The notes: generated from the letters alone by a model not told the origin. A stretch of 64,000 nt of DNA from an uncultured Planctomycetaceae bacterium (GCA_963785305.1 CAWAUV010000002.1:192001-256000); one strand, 5' to 3'. Counted from the first letter of the stretch, positions 31,400-44,100 are shown. A program made the numbers and translations.

Positions 31400-32362
31400 C
31401 TAGCGGGTTGAAAGCGCGCGGGTCGACTGATTGTTCCGCTTCGGCTGCCGCGTGCGATTGCCGGTCGATTCCTCTGAAGCTCGCTGCGCGATTTCCGAGA
31501 GATAGATGCCGTAGTCGTTTTTGTATTCGAGCGCGAGCATCGCCAAACGGTCGCGATCGATATACCCCATGTGAAAGGCGACTTCCTCGGGGCAGGCGAT
31601 CTTAAGACCCTGGCGAAGCTCGATCGTTTGCACATAGCTGCTGGCTTGCATCAACGATTCGTGCGTGCCGGTGTCGAGCCAAGCGAAGCCGCGCGTGAAC
31701 GACTCGACCCGAAGTTGGCCTTGGCGGAGATACCGCTCGTTCACGGCCGTGATTTCGAGTTCGCCGCGGGCCGAGGGCTTGAGATTCGCCGCGATGTCGA
31801 CCACTTGATTGTCGTAGAAATAGAGCCCGGTCACGGCGAGCGACGAACGCGGCTTCGCGGGTTTCTCTTCGATCGAGATCGCGCGTCCGCGGCCATTGAG
31901 CTCCACGACGCCATAGCGTTCCGGATCGCGCACCGGATAGGCGAACACGGTCGCGCCCGAACTGCGGCCGGCGGCGCGGGCAAGCATCGCCTGGAATCCT
32001 TGCCCATAGAAAATATTATCGCCGAGCACGAGCGCCACCGAATCGTCGCCGATGAAGTCGCGGCCGAGAACAAACGCCTGCGCGAGCCCCTCGGGCCGAG
32101 GCTGCACGCAATACTCGATTCGAATGCCCCAGCGACTGCCATCGCCGAGCAGCCGCTCGAACGAACCGATGTCCGCGGGCGTCGAGATCAAGAGCACTTC
32201 GCGAATGCCAGCGAGCATGAGCGTCGTGAGCGGATAATAGATCATGGGTTTGTCGTAGACCGGCAGCAATTGCTTGCTCATGGCGAGCGTGGCTGGGTGC
32301 AGCCGTGTTCCCGCGCCACCGGCCAGGATGATGCCTTTACCGCATTGTGTCTTGCATTTCAT
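31400..32362 (-). CDS. rfbA: Glucose-1-phosphate thymidylyltransferase
   Basis: [39 protein letters not shown]. Confidence 0.97.
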   Translation of the reverse strand: MKCKTQCGKGIILAGGAGTRLHPATLAMSKQLLPVYDKPMIYYPLTTLMLAGIREVLLISTPADIGSFERLLGDGSRWGIRIEYCVQPRPEGLAQAFVLGRDFIGDDSVALVLGDNIFYGQGFQAMLARAAGRSSGATVFAYPVRDPERYGVVELNGRGRAISIEEKPAKPRSSLAVTGLYFYDNQVVDIAANLKPSARGELEITAVNERYLRQGQLRVESFTRGFAWLDTGTHESLMQASSYVQTIELRQGLKIACPEEVAFHMGYIDRDRLAMLALEYKNDYGIYLSEIAQRASEESTGNRTRQPKRNNQSTRALSTR

Positions 32363-33431
32363 GCGTGGCAGCTTTCGTTAAGGGTTCCAAGGCGTTCGCG
32401 TCGATACACGCCGCTCGTGATGCGGTCGGTCCATTCTCGGTTGGCCAAATACCAGGCCACGGTCGTCTCGAGGCCCGATTCGAAATCGAATCGCGGGCGC
32501 CAGCCGAGCGCGTCGCGAATCTTGCTCGCGTCGATCGCGTAGCGACGATCATGGCCGGGCCGGTCTTTCACGAAGGCGATCAATTTCTCCCGCGGGCCGA
32601 TTGCCGCGTCGGGCCGCAAACGATCGAGCAGGCGGCAGATCGTGCGCACGACATGGATGTTCGTGCGTTCGCAATTTCCGCCGATATTGTACGTTTCGCC
32701 CGGCGCGCCCGGGCAATGACTTCGCGCAGTGCGCGGCAGTGGTCTTCGACAAACAACCAGTCACGCACATTCATGCCGTCGCCATAGACCGGCAGCGGCT
32801 TTCCCTCGAGCGCGTTGAGCAGCACGAGCGGGATCAGCTTTTCGGGAAACTGCCGCGGTCCGTAGTTGTTCGAACAATTCGTGATGATCGTCGGTAGGCC
32901 GTAGGTGTGAAAATACGAGTGCGCGAAATGATCGCTCGAGGCTTTCGAGGCCGAATAGGGCGAGTTCGGGCGATAGGGCGTGTCTTCGGTAAATGCGCCG
33001 CTCGCGCCGAGCGAGCCGTAGACTTCGTCGGTGGAAACATGCAGAAAGCGGAACGATGCCCGAGCGTCGGCGTCGAGCGAACGCCAATATCCCCGCGCGG
33101 CTTCGAGCAGCGAGAATGTGCCGACCACGTTCGTTCGCACAAAAGCCTCGGGGCCGTCGATCGAACGGTCGACATGCGATTCGGCCGCGAGGTGGGCCAC
33201 CGCGTCGATCTTGTGCCGCCGCAAAAGCTCGGCCATGGCGGCAGTGTCGCAAATGTCGGCCTCGACGAACACATATCGCGGGTCGTCGAGCGTGTCGGCG
33301 AGCGAATCCAAGTTGCCGGCGTAGGTCAGATTGTCGACCGTGACGACCGTGCCGGCGTCGGCCTCCAGACACTGTCGCACAAGGCAGCTTCCGATGAAAC
33401 CCGCGCCACCGGTAATCAGAATATTCGGCAT
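32359..33431 (-). CDS. rfbB: dTDP-glucose 4,6-dehydratase (frameshift near 32710)
   Basis: [47 protein letters not shown]. Confidence 0.96.
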
Positions 33432-33462
33432 AAACTCTCGCTGATCTTTCTCGGGAACCAAA

Positions 33463-34368
33463 CTAGTTGAGGCTCCGCATATAGTTGTTCAAGGCGTCTT
33501 GCCATCGCGACATCCTGGGGCCACCGAGCGCCTGATATTTTCGACAATCGAGCACGCTATATCGCGGCCGCGCGGCCTTGGCCCCGTATTCCGCGGTGGT
33601 AATGGCCTGGAGCCGGGTTGGCAGGCCCGCCTGACGAAAAATCTCGGCGGCGAAGCCATGCCAGGTGGTCTCGCCCTCGTTGGTCACGTGGTAAAGCCCC
33701 TCGGCGCCCGATTCGAGCAAATATACGATAGCGCTCGCGAGTTCCCGGACCGATGTCGGCGTGCATTGCTGATCGTCGACCACCCGAAGCTCGGGGCGCT
33801 CCTTGCCCAATCGGAGCATGATCGTAACGAAGTTGTCGGCTTTGCCGCTGGTCGCGCCACCGGGCCGATGTCCATACAATCCACAGGTTCGCACGACGAC
33901 ATTTCCGGCGCCTTGCAGCGCCAACGCTTCGCCGCGAAGCTTCGAGCTCGCATAGACACTTTTCGGCGCGGGAGCATCGGTCTCTCGATAGGGGCGATCG
34001 GGAACTTCGGGCGACCCGAAAACATAGTCCGTGCTCACATGCGCCATCCGACAATCGAACTTCGCGCACGCCTCGGCCAAGTTGCCCACGGCGGTCGCAT
34101 TCACGCGCTCGCACTGAACGGGCTCCTCCTCGGCCAAGTCGACTTTGGTGTAGGCAGTGGCATTTACGACCGCTTTCGGACGGCAATCGCCGATCGCGCG
34201 AGTTACCGCTTGGGCGTCGGTGATATCGAGCTCGCTACGAGAGAGCCCGATTGCCCTATCGCCCCATTGGCGCAATAACTCGCTTCCGAGTTGCCCGCGG
34301 CTGCCGAGAATAAGCACGGGTCGAGACAAAATTGGATCACGGCTCCTGAAGGATCGCAAAATCAACAC
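33463..34368 (-). CDS. rfbD: dTDP-4-dehydrorhamnose reductase
   Basis: [34 protein letters not shown]. Confidence 0.95.
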   Translation of the reverse strand: MLILRSFRSRDPILSRPVLILGSRGQLGSELLRQWGDRAIGLSRSELDITDAQAVTRAIGDCRPKAVVNATAYTKVDLAEEEPVQCERVNATAVGNLAEACAKFDCRMAHVSTDYVFGSPEVPDRPYRETDAPAPKSVYASSKLRGEALALQGAGNVVVRTCGLYGHRPGGATSGKADNFVTIMLRLGKERPELRVVDDQQCTPTSVRELASAIVYLLESGAEGLYHVTNEGETTWHGFAAEIFRQAGLPTRLQAITTAEYGAKAARPRYSVLDCRKYQALGGPRMSRWQDALNNYMRSLN

Positions 34369-34459
34369 AACGATACAGGCCGTGCGTCAAACGCGGCGTG
34401 TTACGAACGCGTCACGGTGGTTGGTGGTTCTTGTCGGCTTCCCGAGTCTTGGGCCGGGG

Positions 34460-36868
34460 CTACGCGTGGCCATTTGACCGGCCCGCTCCCTCGGAATGAC
34501 CGTTCTGGCCATTTTGGCCATTCTTCGATTCGTGGTGCGCGGCATGTTCGTCGTCGTAGTACTTACCGCTACCGCCCGAGCCATAGCCATAGGCATAGCC
34601 ACCGTAGCCATATCGGCCGCCCATCTTGCCGCCTTCGCCAATGCCGTTGACGAACACACCGAGCAGATGCGCATCGACGCCGGCCAATTGCTCTTTCGCT
34701 CGCACAACTTGCGAACGCATGTCCTTCATTAGCCGCACCGCCAAGAGCACCGCGTCGGCCAGGGGCGCGATAATGCAGGGATCGGCCACCGCCAGCACCG
34801 GCGGGCAGTCGATGACGATGAAATCGTATTTCTCGCGATAGACTTGCAAGCATTCCTCGAATCGCGGCGAGGCCAACAATTCCGCGGGATTGCTCGGGCT
34901 TTCGCCACAAGCGACGCACCACAGATTGTCGACCACCGTCGTCTGCACGGCCTCGGGCGGGTCCAGTTCCCCGCGCAACACCGCGCTCAAGCCGCCGTCG
35001 TTCGTGATACTAAACAACTGGTGGACACGCGGCCGACGCATGTCGGCGTCGATCAGGAGCACCTTGCGGCCCGACTGAGCGATGCTGATCGCGAGATTCG
35101 TATTGAGCAGGGTCTTACCGTCGCCGGGATTGGCGCTGGTACACATGATGATCTGCTGTCGCCGGCCGCGACTGCCGAAGAAGATCGCAGTGCGCAGACC
35201 GCGAAACGCTTCCGCTTCGCGCGATTTTGGACGATGGTAGGCCACCAGACTCGCATCCATCGGGCTGTCGGCCGCGATCGATGTCGCCGGCTTGAGATGC
35301 ACGAGCCGCGTGAGCACGGGCAACTCGACCGTGTGGCGCACATCTTCCTCGCTGCGGAAGGAGCGATCGAGCTGTTCGGCTCCCAACGCCGCTCCGCCGC
35401 CGAGCATCAGGCCCACGATGCCGCCGATCAGCAGCACCCAATGCGCCTTGGGCCATACCTTTTCGCCGAGCTCGACCGGGGCGATGACTTCGGTGATCAA
35501 TTTGCCGTAGGCGCCGACCAAATGCAGTTCGCGGAGTCGGTCGATCACGGCGTCGTACAGGTCTTGCTTGCGCTTGACGTTGGTTCGGAGCGTCTCGCCC
35601 TTGAGCTCGGCGAACACCAGTTCCTTGGCCGAGGATTCTTCCTTGTTCGAGAGCGCCCGCATCTCGGCCTGCCGATTGTCGAGCGTGTTCAGGTCGTTCC
35701 TAAGCAATTTGACATAGGCGGTGACAAGCATTTCGGGATCGAGCCGGGCGCCCATTTCCTTGAGCTTGAGCGCGGCCCGCTTTTCTTGGACGAATTCCTT
35801 GGCGGTGGTCAACTGGGCGCGCACATCCTGCACCAGCGGATGCTCGGGACCATAGTCGGCCAGCAGCGTTTTCTCTTTCAAACTCAGCGGCAGCATCCCT
35901 TCATGCTCGGTTCGGGTGTACGCGGTCAGCCCGGGCACGATGCGCTGAAATTCTTCCGTTTCGGCCGAGCCGGTCTTCACCGCGACCAGCAGCGTCAGCC
36001 GCGCGACATGCGATTCGTCGATCAGCGACAATAGGTCAAGATCGTCGACCTTCGGGCCCAAGCTGGCCAGGGTGTGTTCGACGGTGTCGAGTCGAGTCTT
36101 GGCCGAAGCCCGCTCGACATCGAGTTCCGAGATGCTGTTTTGCAGCCGTTCGTAATTCAGCCGGGGAGCGTTGGTCGAGGTGTCGCCATTCCACAAGAGC
36201 GGCGCCTGCTCGCGAAAATGCTGATATTCGAGCTCCGCGGTTTCGAGGTCCTTGCCGATTTGGTCCTTGGCGTCGGTGATCAGTTTCACGGCTTCCTTGC
36301 TCACGTCCTGGAACTTCTCGGCGAGAAAATCCTGGTAGCTCTCGATGATGGCGGAGAGCACATGCTCGGCGTCGACATCCGACACGTGGCGAAAAGAAAC
36401 ATTAAGCACATTGGCCAACTTGGCCTGACCAGAGCCGCCGCGAGTGACCTTGAGATGATCGATGATGTATTCGACCTCGCTCTCATCCGTGGCCAGCCGG
36501 CGTTCGATCGAGGGCAGCCCCTCGAGATGATGCTTTTTGAGCGCGGTATGGATGATCGCGGGGCTTTGCACGATTTGCATGTGCGTGGCCATGAGGTCTT
36601 CGCTCACCTCGCTTGACCGCTCGCCCGACGACTCCATGCCGCGAGCCGGCAAGTTGGCGTCTTTCTTCATCACGAGCACTTGGGCCGCCGATTCATACTT
36701 GGTCGAGGCGAGAAAGTAATACGCCGTCGCGGCCGCCAAGCCGACCAGCACTCCGCCCGTCACGATTGGCCAGCGACGCAGCAGCACGCCGCCCAGGTCG
36801 AGCCCCTCGGCGTTAAAAGGATTTCGTGCGGCAGCCTGGTTCTCCGACGCGCCGTTTTTCGAGCTCAT
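34460..36868 (-). CDS. wzc: Polysaccharide co-polymerase / BY-kinase (Wzc-like)
   Basis: Two TM segments flanking a coiled-coil; EAFRGLRT, Walker A SANPGDGKT, LLIDADMRRP, IVIDCPP, and C-terminal Tyr cluster YGYGGYAYGY..YY. Confidence 0.92.
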   Translation of the reverse strand: MSSKNGASENQAAARNPFNAEGLDLGGVLLRRWPIVTGGVLVGLAAATAYYFLASTKYESAAQVLVMKKDANLPARGMESSGERSSEVSEDLMATHMQIVQSPAIIHTALKKHHLEGLPSIERRLATDESEVEYIIDHLKVTRGGSGQAKLANVLNVSFRHVSDVDAEHVLSAIIESYQDFLAEKFQDVSKEAVKLITDAKDQIGKDLETAELEYQHFREQAPLLWNGDTSTNAPRLNYERLQNSISELDVERASAKTRLDTVEHTLASLGPKVDDLDLLSLIDESHVARLTLLVAVKTGSAETEEFQRIVPGLTAYTRTEHEGMLPLSLKEKTLLADYGPEHPLVQDVRAQLTTAKEFVQEKRAALKLKEMGARLDPEMLVTAYVKLLRNDLNTLDNRQAEMRALSNKEESSAKELVFAELKGETLRTNVKRKQDLYDAVIDRLRELHLVGAYGKLITEVIAPVELGEKVWPKAHWVLLIGGIVGLMLGGGAALGAEQLDRSFRSEEDVRHTVELPVLTRLVHLKPATSIAADSPMDASLVAYHRPKSREAEAFRGLRTAIFFGSRGRRQQIIMCTSANPGDGKTLLNTNLAISIAQSGRKVLLIDADMRRPRVHQLFSITNDGGLSAVLRGELDPPEAVQTTVVDNLWCVACGESPSNPAELLASPRFEECLQVYREKYDFIVIDCPPVLAVADPCIIAPLADAVLLAVRLMKDMRSQVVRAKEQLAGVDAHLLGVFVNGIGEGGKMGGRYGYGGYAYGYGSGGSGKYYDDEHAAHHESKNGQNGQNGHSEGAGRSNGHA

Positions 36869-36986
36869 GGGTATTCGCCTGAATTAAAAAATGCTTTCGA
36901 ACGATTCAGTCTTTTATGATTTCGGCTTGCCGGTCCTTGTCCACTTGCCGATGCTTTCGCGGAACGGACAAACGCTCCCGCGAAAT

Positions 36987-38583
36987 TCAATACGCGCCCT
37001 CGCAGCGCAAGACCACCTTCAAGGTTCGCGCCAGGATATAGGCGTCGAACCAAGGCGACCAATTGCGAATGTAATGCGCGTCGAACTCCGCGCGACTCTG
37101 GAAGCTTGTTAAATTGCGTCCGTTGATCTGCCACAAGCCCGTGATTCCGGGACGCAAGCGCGTGTAAAGGTGCAAATGCGGGTACCGATCGATTTCATCG
37201 GGGGTGATCGGTCTTGGCCCCACGAGGCTCATGTCGCCGCGAAGCACATTCCAAAGCTGCGGCAGCTCGTCGAGGCTGGTCTTGCGTAGCAGGCGACCGA
37301 CGCGGGTCAGCCGTGGATCGCGCTTCAGCTTGCGATAACGTTCCCATTCGAGCCGCTGCTCGGGATGCTTTTCGAGATATTTGGGCAGCAACGCGTCGGC
37401 GTTGGCGACCATCGAGCGAAATTTCCAAGCGCGAAAGCGTCGACCGTTGTGCCCCACTCGTTGCTGGGAAAAAAAGACCGGCCCCTCGGAAGTCAACTTC
37501 ACGAAACAGGCGATCGCGGCCAAGAGCGGTAAGAGAAACAGCCCGCCGAGCGCCGCGACGGCGACGTCCATGGCGCGTTTGATGAATTTCGGCCCCGGCA
37601 ACAGGAGCCGCTCGTCGATGCGTGTTCCGGCGAGGCCGCCGCAGTCGCGAGCGCCGTCCCAGCCGCGCAAACCATCTTCATCCAGCGCGTTGACGACCAA
37701 GAAATGGGGAATCGTGGTCGCGTGGCGATCGAGGATTTCAGTAAGCTCCGCCGTCGAGTTCTTCGCGAGCACGATAATGCCCCAGAAGACGTTGAACCGA
37801 TCGGCAATGTTCCGCGTGGCGGCCGACGGCCCCAGATACCACGCCGTGTCGAGCGAGTCGTCGGCCCAATGCGACCCCAGATCGGACACGACACCAATCG
37901 GCCGCAGCCCACGAGCCGGATTCGCTTGCAACCGGCGATAGACCGCCGCCGCCTCGGCGCCGGAGCCGAAAACCACGGCAGGCTGCGACCACCACCACAT
38001 TCGCGCCGCGAGCGAGCGAGCCATCGAGCGAAACACGGGCACGAGCACGAGAGCGATCAACCAGGTCAATGAAAGCGCGAGCACCATGCGCGCGGGATTG
38101 GTCGCATGCACCACGCAGATCAGATCGAGAATCGCGATCCAGAGCGTGGTCGTGATCGTTGTCAGCCGCATTTCGGCCAGGGGCGACATCCCCACGGCGG
38201 GATAAAGTCCCAGGCTCGCGCCGATCATCGGATGCATGAGCACCAGCGCCCAACGCACCAGCACGAGGCCCGACACCGCCGCCGCAACACCGCCGGCTGC
38301 CGAGAACAACGTCATCGACACGAAACAGGCGAGCATCAACGCGCACATATCCGACGCGAACAGAGGCGCTGGTCGCGAATGTTTGGCTCACATATTTCAA
38401 TCCGAATCGAAGCGACACGGGTCGGCATGCCGGCTCGCGCTCCGCGTCGCGATCGAGCGCGCCTACCTCGAACTCCTCGGCCACGACCCGCGCGGCCAAG
38501 AGTTCCGTCGACGACTCGTTCCCATGTCGCAAGACGCCGGAGGTTTCCTCCAGCGGCCAGCTCTCAATGGATCGTGTGCTCAT
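36987..38583 (-). CDS. wbaP: Undecaprenyl-phosphate sugar phosphotransferase (WbaP-like initiating transferase; frameshift near 38360)
   Basis: [61 protein letters not shown] before ATG 38583. Confidence 0.9.
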
Positions 38584-38643
38584 GCGAACATACTCCCTTC
38601 GCGGCGGCGACAATCACTTCGACACACCGAATCCCCGGTTCGC

Positions 38644-38660
38644 AGCAACTGACATGCCAA
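38644..38660 (-). promoter_or_regulatory. Sigma-54 (-24/-12) promoter of the polysaccharide operon
   Basis: Minus strand TTGGCATGTCAGTTGCT versus consensus YTGGCACGNNNNTTGCW; exact GG-N10-GC spacing, 60 bp upstream of wbaP. Confidence 0.75.
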
Positions 38661-39373
38661 TGTTCTTCGACCCCGTGCGATACCGTTTATCGCCAGCGCC
38701 AACAGGAGGCCGAGAACGCGATGAACACAATGCTCATCCGCAATCGGCTTCAACGTTTTTTGATCGCGACGGAGATCGACTCCCTCGGCCGCGATAAGCC
38801 CGCGGCTCATCGCAATGCATCGTTTTTCACATCGATGCCCTTCAGCGGCGAAGCCCATCATGCTTACGACTTTCCCGCGTTTCAAGCCTGCAACACCGAA
38901 ATCTCATCACGCGATCACGTGTTGCCAATACCATACCCGTCTAGTACACAATTTGCGTCTTATTCATGCGATCCGCGCATGCCTCACGTCGCGAATCGCT
39001 AATCGGAATTGCCTTGCGAAAGTGGCCGCCCGCGACCCGTTCGCGCTCGTTCCTCGTTCGGCGTGAAGCGCGCGCTTTGTGTCGCAAATCGCCCTGCCGG
39101 AACAACTTCGCCGCGAGCCACGCCATTTCTCGCCGATGCTAATAGGCCGCGCAGGTCCAGTTCGCCCGCGAACGGACTAATCGCCGAGTTCCGCCGAAAA
39201 TAAGTCGAAATCACCCGGCGGTTCGCGGCGCTTGGTTCATGTCAGTCGTGTGGTTCATGCACACGCATCGCGCCGCGGTCAGCTGCGCGCGAGCCGTCGT
39301 TCGTCGATCGCCGGTCGTTGCTTCCCGAGTCATCGCCCCAAACTGTACACAATCGCGCGATATCCTCAAGGTA

Positions 39374-39401
39374 TTGACAAGCAATGGCGAAAATTTAAAT
39401 T
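39374..39401 (+). promoter_or_regulatory. Putative sigma-70 promoter
   Basis: TTGACA-N16-TAAATT in an AT-rich patch. Confidence 0.45.
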
Positions 39402-40033
39402 CTCCGCCGCCGCGGGTTCCGAGGGTCGGCCGCCATTTGCTGGCAATTCGAGGTCGCGAATTGTCATTGGAAGCGGGAGTTCACACTTTCAGAGAGCCGC
39501 CAGGCCGGGACTCGCAATTCCAAGACCACGGAGTTTCGTCGGGCTCAAAGGCATGCCAGGAGGCAATAGGAACTTCGCGACTCGCGATTCGCAAAATGCG
39601 ATTACAGCGAGTTTTATGGCGATATTCGCCGTAATTTCCAGAAAATGTTGGCTGACCCGTTTTGTCGCGCCAATCCGCACAAGGCGCCTTCTTAGTGGGC
39701 GCCGCGCTCGCGCGTTGTAATAAGAGCGCTCGCTGCTTCCCTCGCACTCGAAGAGCGAGTGGCATCGAATCGCTTTCAGATTCACTAGGTTTCGTCGCGA
39801 CATCACCGCGCGGCGCGTTGTGTCGCGTATTTTCGACCCGCCAGGGATGCGTTTTCAATCGGCCGATGAATCGTTCCGCCAAAACACCCTCCATCGCCCA
39901 AGCCAGCTCCATTTCGCGATTCGCCTCGGCGCGCCGTTTGCAAAGGAATCGCTCGTTTGACAGCTTCCGGGAGGGCAAGCACACTGACTGAGTTGAACTC
40001 CAATCGCAACTGCCCACCAATCGCCGAAGCCTG

Positions 40034-41110
40034 ATGAACGCTCGAACCAGGAACCCGATGTTTTTAGCGCTCACGCTTGGGTGTTGCCTGGGAACGGTCG
40101 CGTTTGATTCGGCGCGAAGCTTGGCCGAGGAGCGACCACCGGCGGGTGTCAAGATTCTCAAGTCGGTCCCGCGGCGCGAAGCCGAGATAGTCGCCTTGTT
40201 CGAGCAGTCCCGCGGACAGGCTTGCGAGCAAGTGCCTGTCGATTCTCCGATCGAGACGAAGCATTTCGCGCTGGCCTACGACTCCGCTGTCCGCGAGAGC
40301 CCGTCCGATGCGTCGACCAACCGGCGCTCCGACTTACCTGTTCCGACATCGCGGCGCACCGCGCTTTCGCTGGGCCTTGATGTTTCACGGGCCGATCAAT
40401 CGAAGCTTCCGCTGGGCAGCGGCGGCCTAATCATGGATTACATCCACGGCAATTATGTCGTGGTGCAGGTCCGCGTGTGCAGGGACCTCGTCGACGACGA
40501 AATCTATTTGAATAGTCGACCGCTGGCGGCGATGGCCAAGTTTCGCGGCGCGCGTTTGACTCAAGAGTTCGTCGAAACCACGGCCACTTCGGTTGCCAAC
40601 ATTCGCGGCGCCGGCCTCTGGCTGCGAGCCGGACAAAAGCCCTCGCCCGCCAATCTGCGCACAGCGGTGTTCGTGCATAAGGACCTGGCTTTAGTCGACG
40701 AGGGCGGCAAGTCCGATATCCAGCCGAACTATGAGCTCGTGTTCGTGCGCGCCGCCCGCGCGAGGGCCGCGACACCGGCGGAGTCGAGTTGCATGCCTTC
40801 GTGACTACCGAGCAGCGGGGCCGTCTGAACTATCTCGATGTGTCGCGGTGGCCCGCCGACGCCGAGGATTGCAGCATCAAAGGCACGATCTTCTTCACGG
40901 AATACCGCTTCGCGCAGCGAATTCCCTCGGCCGCCGCCACGCGGAGTTTCGTTTTACGCGCTCGCGGGCGATTCGCGATCGACAAGCTCGACGCCTATGC
41001 GCGGGCTCAACATTGGTCTGGCGACGCGCTGGACAATCTTACGGATACGCTCGATGCCGTGATTGACGGAAAAATCGATTACGCGGCCCCAGGGTTGAGA
41101 AAGCACGACT
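40034..41110 (+). CDS. Hypothetical secreted protein (probably continues past a frameshift near 40750; true stop uncertain)
   Basis: Signal-like MFLALTLGCCLGTVAFDSARSLA. The track ORF ends at 40804, but protein-like sequence continues in another frame (GGVELHAFVTTEQRGRLNYLDV...). Confidence 0.55.
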
Positions 41111-41157
41111 TAAGATTATTGAACAGACCCTTAACGATAACTCCCGCTGCGCGCCAC

Positions 41158-44100
41158 ATGCCGTATCTTTTATTGTCCGGGGCCACGGGCCTGCTGGGCC
41201 GCTATTTGTTGCGCGACCTATTATCGGCCGACGTGCCGGTCGCGGTGCTTGCGCGACGATCCGTGGCGGCGACGGCGGCGCGCCCGCGTCGATGCTCTCT
41301 TGCGTCCCTGGGAGTCCGCTTCGGGCCGCGCCTGGCCGCGCCCGGTCGTGATCGAGGCCGACCTCGCCAAGCCCGACTTGGGCCTCGACGCCGCGAGCTT
41401 CGCCTGGATTGCTCGCCGTGTCGATCGCGTGCTGCATTCGGCCGCGAGTCTCACGTTCCATGCGGGTGGCCCCGACGACGAGCCGTTTCGCACGAATGTC
41501 GCGGGAGCGCGGGCGCTGCTCGACCTTTGTGCCCGCGCCGGAGTCGAGCGATTCTTCCACGTGTCGACCGCCTATGTCGCTGGTCTCCGCGCGGGGACGG
41601 TGCTCGAGCGCGATCTCGACGTCGGTCAGGGCTGGGGCAACGATTACGAACGCAGCAAGGTCCAGGCCGAGCAGTGCGTGCGCTCGGCGCCGCTGCGATA
41701 TCGGCCCACGATCTTTCGGCCTTCGATCATCGTGGGCGATTCCAAGACCGCATATACTTCGACCTATCATGGCTTCTATGCTCCGCTCAAAGCCGCGCTT
41801 GAGCTTGCCGGCGGCACGAGGGCCTCGCGCTGGACGCGATTGCCATCTTTTCAATCATTGCTGGGTCTCGGCGGCGACGAACGCAAGAACTTGGTTCCGG
41901 TCGACTGGGTGTCGAGCGTCATCACCCATATCGTCACGCACGAAGCATTGCATGGCGAGTGTTATCACTTGACGCATCCCGAACCGGCGCGCGTCGCCGA
42001 TATCGAAGGCGCGTTGCTCGACGCCGCGAAAGCCGAAGTCCTGTCGGCGGCCGATCTCGCGCGCGACCCGGCGGCGCCAACGCGATCGGTCGCCGATCCG
42101 TCGAATCGCATGGCGCTCGACTCGCGCGCGCCGCGGCTTGAATCGCTCTTTAGCGAACAGATGCAAACCTATCGCGCCTATTTTCGCGATGACCCGACCT
42201 TCGACATGGTGAACACCCTCGGCGCGGCGGGCCACCTGCCTTGCCCAGCTCTCGATCGCCCGCGGCTCACGCGGCTGGCGCAAGCGGCGATTCGCGCCAA
42301 TTTCGGTTGGCCCAAACCGCCCGAATCGGCGCCCGAGTTCGATGCCGCAACATTGCTCGAGCGAAGCGCGAGGAAAAGCGTCACGCCCCGTCCGTCTGAA
42401 TTCACGTCGTCCATTGGTCTCGATGTGAGCGGCTCCGGCGGCGGCCAATGGACTATGAACTTCGCTGGCGATGACCTCGTCGGCCACGAACCCGGCTTGC
42501 CCGACCCCTCCGCTCCAGACACCTCGAACACGGTCGCAACGTGCTCGCTGCATGTCACCACGCTCGCGGCGATCGCAAGCGGAGATTGCCCGGCCGATCA
42601 AACGGCGCTCTCGGGCCGCATGTTGATCGAGCGGGCCGCCGAAACGAAGCACGACATCGCCGCGCTGTTGCAGAACGCTCTCGGTCCCGAGAAGCCGGCC
42701 TCATCGACCACGCCGCCAACGCCGCCGCAACCGGCGGCCGAGCCGGCGCCCCTCTTGGCCAGCGCCGCCAAGCGTCAACCGCTGGCGATCGTCGGCATGG
42801 CATGCCGATTACCGGGCGCCGACGGGCTCGACGAATATTGGAATTTGCTCGCGGCCGGCCACTGCGCCATCGACGAACTACCGCTCGAGCGGCTCGACCG
42901 TTCGCTTTATTACGACGCCGGCCGCGGCGTGCGTGGCAAAACCTATTCGACCCTCGGCGGCTCGATTTCGTCGCGCCCGATGGACCGCGTGCTTTGTCCG
43001 CTTTCCGAAGAGCTCATGGCCTCGGCCGATCCCGCGCACGCGATTTTGTGTGAAGTGGCCGCGGCGGCCTGGCGCCACGCGGGCTACGATCCGTTCGCAC
43101 TGCCGATCCGCAATGTCGGCGTCTACATTGGTCATTCGGCCGGCAGCGAACTCTCGACGGAATACATGCTCGGCACGCTCGCCCAACATTGGGCCGAATC
43201 GCTCCGCGAGCTACCGGCTTTCGCCGAAATGTCGCCGGCGGAGCAAGACGCCGTGATCTTGGATGTCGTGGCCCGCATTCGCCGCGATAAGCCCCGCCGC
43301 CGCGCCGTGGACGAAGCGAGCGGCGTCGGCGGGCCGGTGCTCGAAGCCAATGTGGCCGCCGGATTGATTGCCCGCGTGATGCGGCTCGATGGACCGCAAA
43401 TGGTGCTCGACGCCGCCTGCGCGTCGTCGCTCACGGCGCTCGCGCTAGCCGCCATGGCGCTCGAACGGGGCGAAATCGACGCGGCCGTCGTTGGCGGCGC
43501 CTCGTACAACAAATGCGTGAGCTTGCTCCTGTTCTCGCAGGCCCAATCATGCAGCGGCTCGGGCTCGCGCCCTTCGACGCCGACGCCGATGGGCTCATCA
43601 GTTCCGAAGGCTATGTGTCGCTCGTGGTCAAGACGCTCGACCGGGCCATTGCCGATGGCGACACCGTGCATGCCGTCGTGCGCGGGATCGGCATGTCGTC
43701 CGATGGTCGCGGGCGCAGCCTTTGGGCGCCGCGCAAGGAAGGCCAGATCGAGGCGATGCGCCGCGCTTATGAAAGCGGAGTCGGGCTCGATGAAGTGCAG
43801 TATGTCGAGACCCACGCCACAAGCACCCAGGTGGGCGACGCCACCGAGATCGAAGCTCTCGCCAGCGTGTTTCGCGAGCGGATCGAGCCCGGTCGCAAGA
43901 TTCCGATCGGCAGCGTGAAAAGCAACATCGGCCACACCCTCGAGACCGCCGGACTCGCCGGACTCTTGAAAGTGGTGTTGGCGATGAAGCACGGCCGGAT
44001 TCCGGCCTCGATCGGCGTGCGGCGTTTGAATCCCGAGGTCGATTGGAGCTCCATGCCGCTCGAAGTGGCGACCGCGCCGCGCCCGTGGCCGGGAGCCGAA

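Noticed and set aside
39760..39774. Second sigma-54 site TGGCATCGAATCGCT
   Set aside because: The GG-to-GC spacing is one base short of the strict requirement.
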